A stretch of DNA of 64,000 bases from an uncultured Candidatus Peribacteria bacterium (GTDB lineage Bacteria; Patescibacteriota; Gracilibacteria; UBA1369; UBA12470), in the NCBI GenBank assembly GCA_964344725.1, contig CAYFOI010000001.1:61762-125761 (forward strand), read 5' to 3'. The first letter of the stretch is position 1. Each line of letters opens with the position of its first letter. The position numbers and the translations under genes were made by a program. The notes under the pieces are model-generated. The model saw only the letters and a program-made list of their open reading frames with translations. It was not told where the DNA came from and did not search any database. Below, piece by piece: positions 61,248-64,000 of the stretch.

Positions 61248-61298
61248 GAATTAGCACTCGCTACATTCGCTTGCTAATTCAAAATGTTGTGATAGAAT
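61248..61298 (+). promoter_or_regulatory. trxA promoter TTGCTA-N16-TAGAAT overlapped by 9-bp inverted repeat GAATTAGCA/TGCTAATTC
   Basis: -35 at 61271-76 and -10 at 61293-98. Palindrome arms at 61248-56 and 61272-80. Confidence 0.45.
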
Positions 61299-61336
61299 GG
61301 GGCCGATTTTGAAAAATACTTAACCAAAAACACACA

Positions 61337-61651
61337 ATGGCACAAGTTTTCACAGATCAAGATTTCGAAGCAGAAGTTTTGAAAGCTGATGGTCTCGTAC
61401 TCATAGACTTTTTTGCAGAATGGTGCGGTCCTTGTAAAATGCTAGCTCCAATTATTGATGAGCTCGCAAGCTCTGCAGAAGGAGTTAAAATAGGCAAGGT
61501 TGACGTAGACAATGCACCAGAAACAGCAAGAAAATATGGAGTTATGAGCATACCGACACTTCTTTTCTTCAAAAGCGGAGAAGTTGTTGAACAAATGGTT
61601 GGAATGAAATCAAAAGAAGACCTAGAAGCAAAGATCGCTGAGCTAAAATAA
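61337..61651 (+). CDS. trxA: thioredoxin
   Basis: WCGPCK active site; 104 aa. Confidence 0.9.
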   Translation: MAQVFTDQDFEAEVLKADGLVLIDFFAEWCGPCKMLAPIIDELASSAEGVKIGKVDVDNAPETARKYGVMSIPTLLFFKSGEVVEQMVGMKSKEDLEAKIAELK

Positions 61652-61678
61652 TCAATAATCTTTGAAGCGATCTTGCGA

Positions 61679-62314
61679 TTAGTCACGGGAGCTGAAAAGA
61701 TTCACGGATTTCGATTCAATACGTTTTAAATTCGCCTCTGTTTTAGGGGCGAATTTTATATATTTACCGCAAAAAGTACAGTCGACACGAATAGGTGATT
61801 CATCGGATTTTTGGCTTAAGATGCCGGGCGTCTCCTTCTGACACTTCTCACAAAAAAAACTACTACTACCACTACCGCTATCAACTACAACACTACTACT
61901 ACTGTTACAACAACTACTACTCATCTCCTGCGCAAGCCGATCACACTCATTATTGTATTTATTCTTTGCATGACCTTTTACCCATTCCCATTTAATCGTA
62001 AGTCCCTCTGTAACTTCCCCAAGCTGAGCCCATAGATCGGTATTTTTTTTGGTCTTCCAGCCTTCATTCATAGTTTTGATTATCAGATCAGAATCACTCC
62101 TAACCAAAACAGCTGGAATATCTTTTTTGAAATTCTCACGCACCCACTCAAAAGCTTTGATAACAGCAAGAAGCTCCATCCGATTATTAGTCGTATTAGG
62201 CTCACTACCAAAAAGTTTATGAGTCTTGCGGTCATACATAACAAGAGCGGCCCAACCTCCAGGGCCTGGATTGCCTTTGCTGCTGCCGTCCGTATAGATA
62301 GTGATTTTTTTCAT
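61679..62314 (-). CDS. rnhA: ribonuclease HI with Ser-rich linker and C-terminal Cys4 zinc-ribbon extension
   Basis: YTDGSSKGNPGPGGWA, TTNNRMEL, SDSDL, WVKGH...NECDRLA. This is followed by SSSCCNSSSSVVVDSGSGSSS and CEKC...CTFC. Confidence 0.85.
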   Translation of the reverse strand: MKKITIYTDGSSKGNPGPGGWAALVMYDRKTHKLFGSEPNTTNNRMELLAVIKAFEWVRENFKKDIPAVLVRSDSDLIIKTMNEGWKTKKNTDLWAQLGEVTEGLTIKWEWVKGHAKNKYNNECDRLAQEMSSSCCNSSSSVVVDSGSGSSSFFCEKCQKETPGILSQKSDESPIRVDCTFCGKYIKFAPKTEANLKRIESKSVNLFSSRD

Positions 62315-62364
62315 ACAAAAACCACTTTAAAAGGCAAAACCTCGAACGTCAATCAGTTTGGATG

Positions 62365-62754
62365 TTAAATTCCAGTATCTTCATCGCAAATCGGGGTACC
62401 ATCTTGTCTAGTACACCAATCGTAATCAATAGTACATCCATCTGGTGCGCTAAAGAAAGTTTCATTTAAATATTCTTCCAATTTAGGTCTGGTCCACTCA
62501 TGACAATGAAGTTCTTGCATCGCAATCACGCGCCCATAACCGACATCACGTTGATCGCAAGAAGCTTCTGAATAACAGGTCAAATTTCCCTGAGGATGTT
62601 CTTCGCAATAATCAGCAACAGTAGGAGCAGCAGTAGCAGGATCAAGATTGCAATATTGCTCTCCCTGAGGAGACGCGCATCCCAACGCAAGAACAGCAGA
62701 TAGAAGAACCGCGTGGCTAGAATTAGAAAGAGTAGGATTAGAACGTGGAGGCAT
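62365..62754 (-). CDS. hypothetical Cys-rich lipoprotein
   Basis: LSAVLALGC lipobox; about 10 Cys. Confidence 0.45.
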   Translation of the reverse strand: MPPRSNPTLSNSSHAVLLSAVLALGCASPQGEQYCNLDPATAAPTVADYCEEHPQGNLTCYSEASCDQRDVGYGRVIAMQELHCHEWTRPKLEEYLNETFFSAPDGCTIDYDWCTRQDGTPICDEDTGI

Positions 62755-62820
62755 AACAAAATAAGGTTAACAAAATGGGAAATAATGATGACATAATTAA
62801 TAAGATTAAACAAAAAACAC

Positions 62821-63741
62821 ATGCTGGCGCAACAAGATATTAAAGGCTACAATCTATCGCGTATGGATTACAACGAAAAAATCAAACAAGAAGGTGAGTT
62901 TTGGGATCGGGAAGCTAATGAGCTGAAGTCTCGTGGGTTTGATTTCAAATCTCGAAAAAATTTCCGCACACATTCTACAATATCGATTTGGGAAGATTCG
63001 TTCCTGGAAGATCTCATTAGAGGGCCTTATAAAAATGAGATAATAAAGCTAGCGGTAGAGACAGGCGGTCCAACATTAGAACTAGGATGTGGTACTGGCT
63101 GGCTGACCCGTGAAATTGCAAAAAAGGGAATCGAAGCAGAAGGTTACGACGTAGCAGAAGAAAACATCAAAATGGCATCCGAATTCGCAAAAAACTTATC
63201 AGCGAAATTTGCCGTCAAAGACCTCAATTTCGCAGAATTTCCTGAAAATAAATTCGGTGCAGTTGTCGTATGGGACTCTCTGCATCATTTCGCTGAGCTT
63301 GAGCGAATCTGTAAAGAAATCAAAAAAACCCTAAAGCCAAATGGCTATTTCTTGATCTGGGATCATATAGAACTCCAAGGGATTCGCGGTGCTCTAAGTA
63401 AAATACTAGCCTTGTTCTTTTACCTTTTACTTCCGACGGAAGAACGTCTTGGCAAGAAACTCAAATACACCTGGAACAAATTACGTGGGAAAAAGACAGG
63501 AGACGAATCCCCATTCGAAGATGTCGCAAGCGCATCTCTTGAACAGACAGTAGAAAAAAACTTCAAAGTCGAGCACAAATCGTATCCGATAACTTTCATT
63601 CGCTTTTTTATAGCAAGAATTAGACCGAAAATTCCAGCCTATGAATTAATAATCAAATTTTTGGTGAACCTCGACAAACTGCTTGGTAAAATAAGACTGC
63701 TCAAAGGCGAATATGTATTTATGATCTGTAAAAATGACTAA
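62821..63741 (+). CDS. class I SAM-dependent methyltransferase
   Basis: LELGCGTGWLT motif I, VVVWDSLHH, NGYFLIWD. Confidence 0.75.
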   Translation: MLAQQDIKGYNLSRMDYNEKIKQEGEFWDREANELKSRGFDFKSRKNFRTHSTISIWEDSFLEDLIRGPYKNEIIKLAVETGGPTLELGCGTGWLTREIAKKGIEAEGYDVAEENIKMASEFAKNLSAKFAVKDLNFAEFPENKFGAVVVWDSLHHFAELERICKEIKKTLKPNGYFLIWDHIELQGIRGALSKILALFFYLLLPTEERLGKKLKYTWNKLRGKKTGDESPFEDVASASLEQTVEKNFKVEHKSYPITFIRFFIARIRPKIPAYELIIKFLVNLDKLLGKIRLLKGEYVFMICKND

Positions 63742-64000
63742 AGCTTTAATCTTTGGAAATTACGGTGCAAAAAACTTCGGCGACGAACTCGTGCTGAGAG
63801 GGATTTTGAACATAATCAAGGATAAAAAATACGATATCCGAGTTCTTTCTAGTGACCCAAAAGAAACAAAAAAACTGCATAACGTAAAATCCGGATGGGT
63901 CTTCCCAACAGGTTTGAAATCGCTACTAAGAGGTCGTATTTTCCGAACGCTCAAATACTATTGGCAAGCGGACATCATTATATTCGGTGGCGGAACATTA
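63734..64000 (+). CDS. polysaccharide pyruvyl transferase (CsaB-like), N-terminal part, runs off window end
   Basis: Not in the track. ATG at 63734; MTKALIFGNYGAKNFGDELVLRGIL...ADIIIFGGGTL is open to base 64000. Confidence 0.6.
   Translation, partial: MTKALIFGNYGAKNFGDELVLRGILNIIKDKKYDIRVLSSDPKETKKLHNVKSGWVFPTGLKSLLRGRIFRTLKYYWQADIIIFGGGTL

Noticed and set aside
1-64000. Stop-codon reassignment (for example UGA=Gly, as in some candidate phyla)
   Set aside because: Well-conserved genes terminate at the expected lengths on all three stops (thrC-like on TGA, ilvD on TAA, ilvB on TAG). The standard-code track gives full-length homologs without internal stops.

Overview
By eye this is an AT-rich, compactly packed bacterial chromosome segment with mostly housekeeping content. 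It carries translation and tRNA or rRNA modification genes (rplJ-rplL, rpsO-pnp, hisS, leuS, miaA, tsaB, tsaD, cca, rsmI, rlmD, rlmH) and nucleic-acid turnover genes (recJ, an nrnA-like gene, rnhA, a beta-CASP RNase). There is a type IV pilus cluster (pilin, PilC, PilB and two membrane proteins). There is also a branched-chain amino acid operon: leader peptide/attenuator, a ThrC-like fusion, ilvD, ilvB, ilvN, ridA, ilvC. Other content includes one tRNA-Gly(GCC), a DinJ/RelE-type toxin-antitoxin pair, a Fic gene and several envelope proteins (SLH protein, amidase-SpoIID fusion, CapA). Most start codons I inspected have no Shine-Dalgarno sequence. The gene set and the small protein versions fit a reduced-genome, CPR/Patescibacteria-like bacterium, but that is inference only. 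I saw no rRNA, CRISPR array, transposase, integrase or reverse transcriptase. The unusual signals are mostly non-coding. (1) A 67-nt G-rich hairpin module is duplicated in frame at the 5' ends of ilvD and ilvB, with a compensatory base-pair change between the copies. (2) Nearly every intergenic gap contains tandem arrays of 7- or 8-nt words that each carry a stop codon, so stops fall in all three frames. These arrays often run into gene 3' ends. (3) There are dispersed GC-rich hairpin families, including a 24-nt bulged hairpin in 4 copies with structure-preserving substitutions and a mosaic element with a conserved basal stem and a variable apex. (4) A threonine-synthase-family enzyme is fused to a LeuA/CimA-type regulatory domain as the first gene of the ilv operon. 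All functional calls rest on motifs I recognise by eye; no searches were run.
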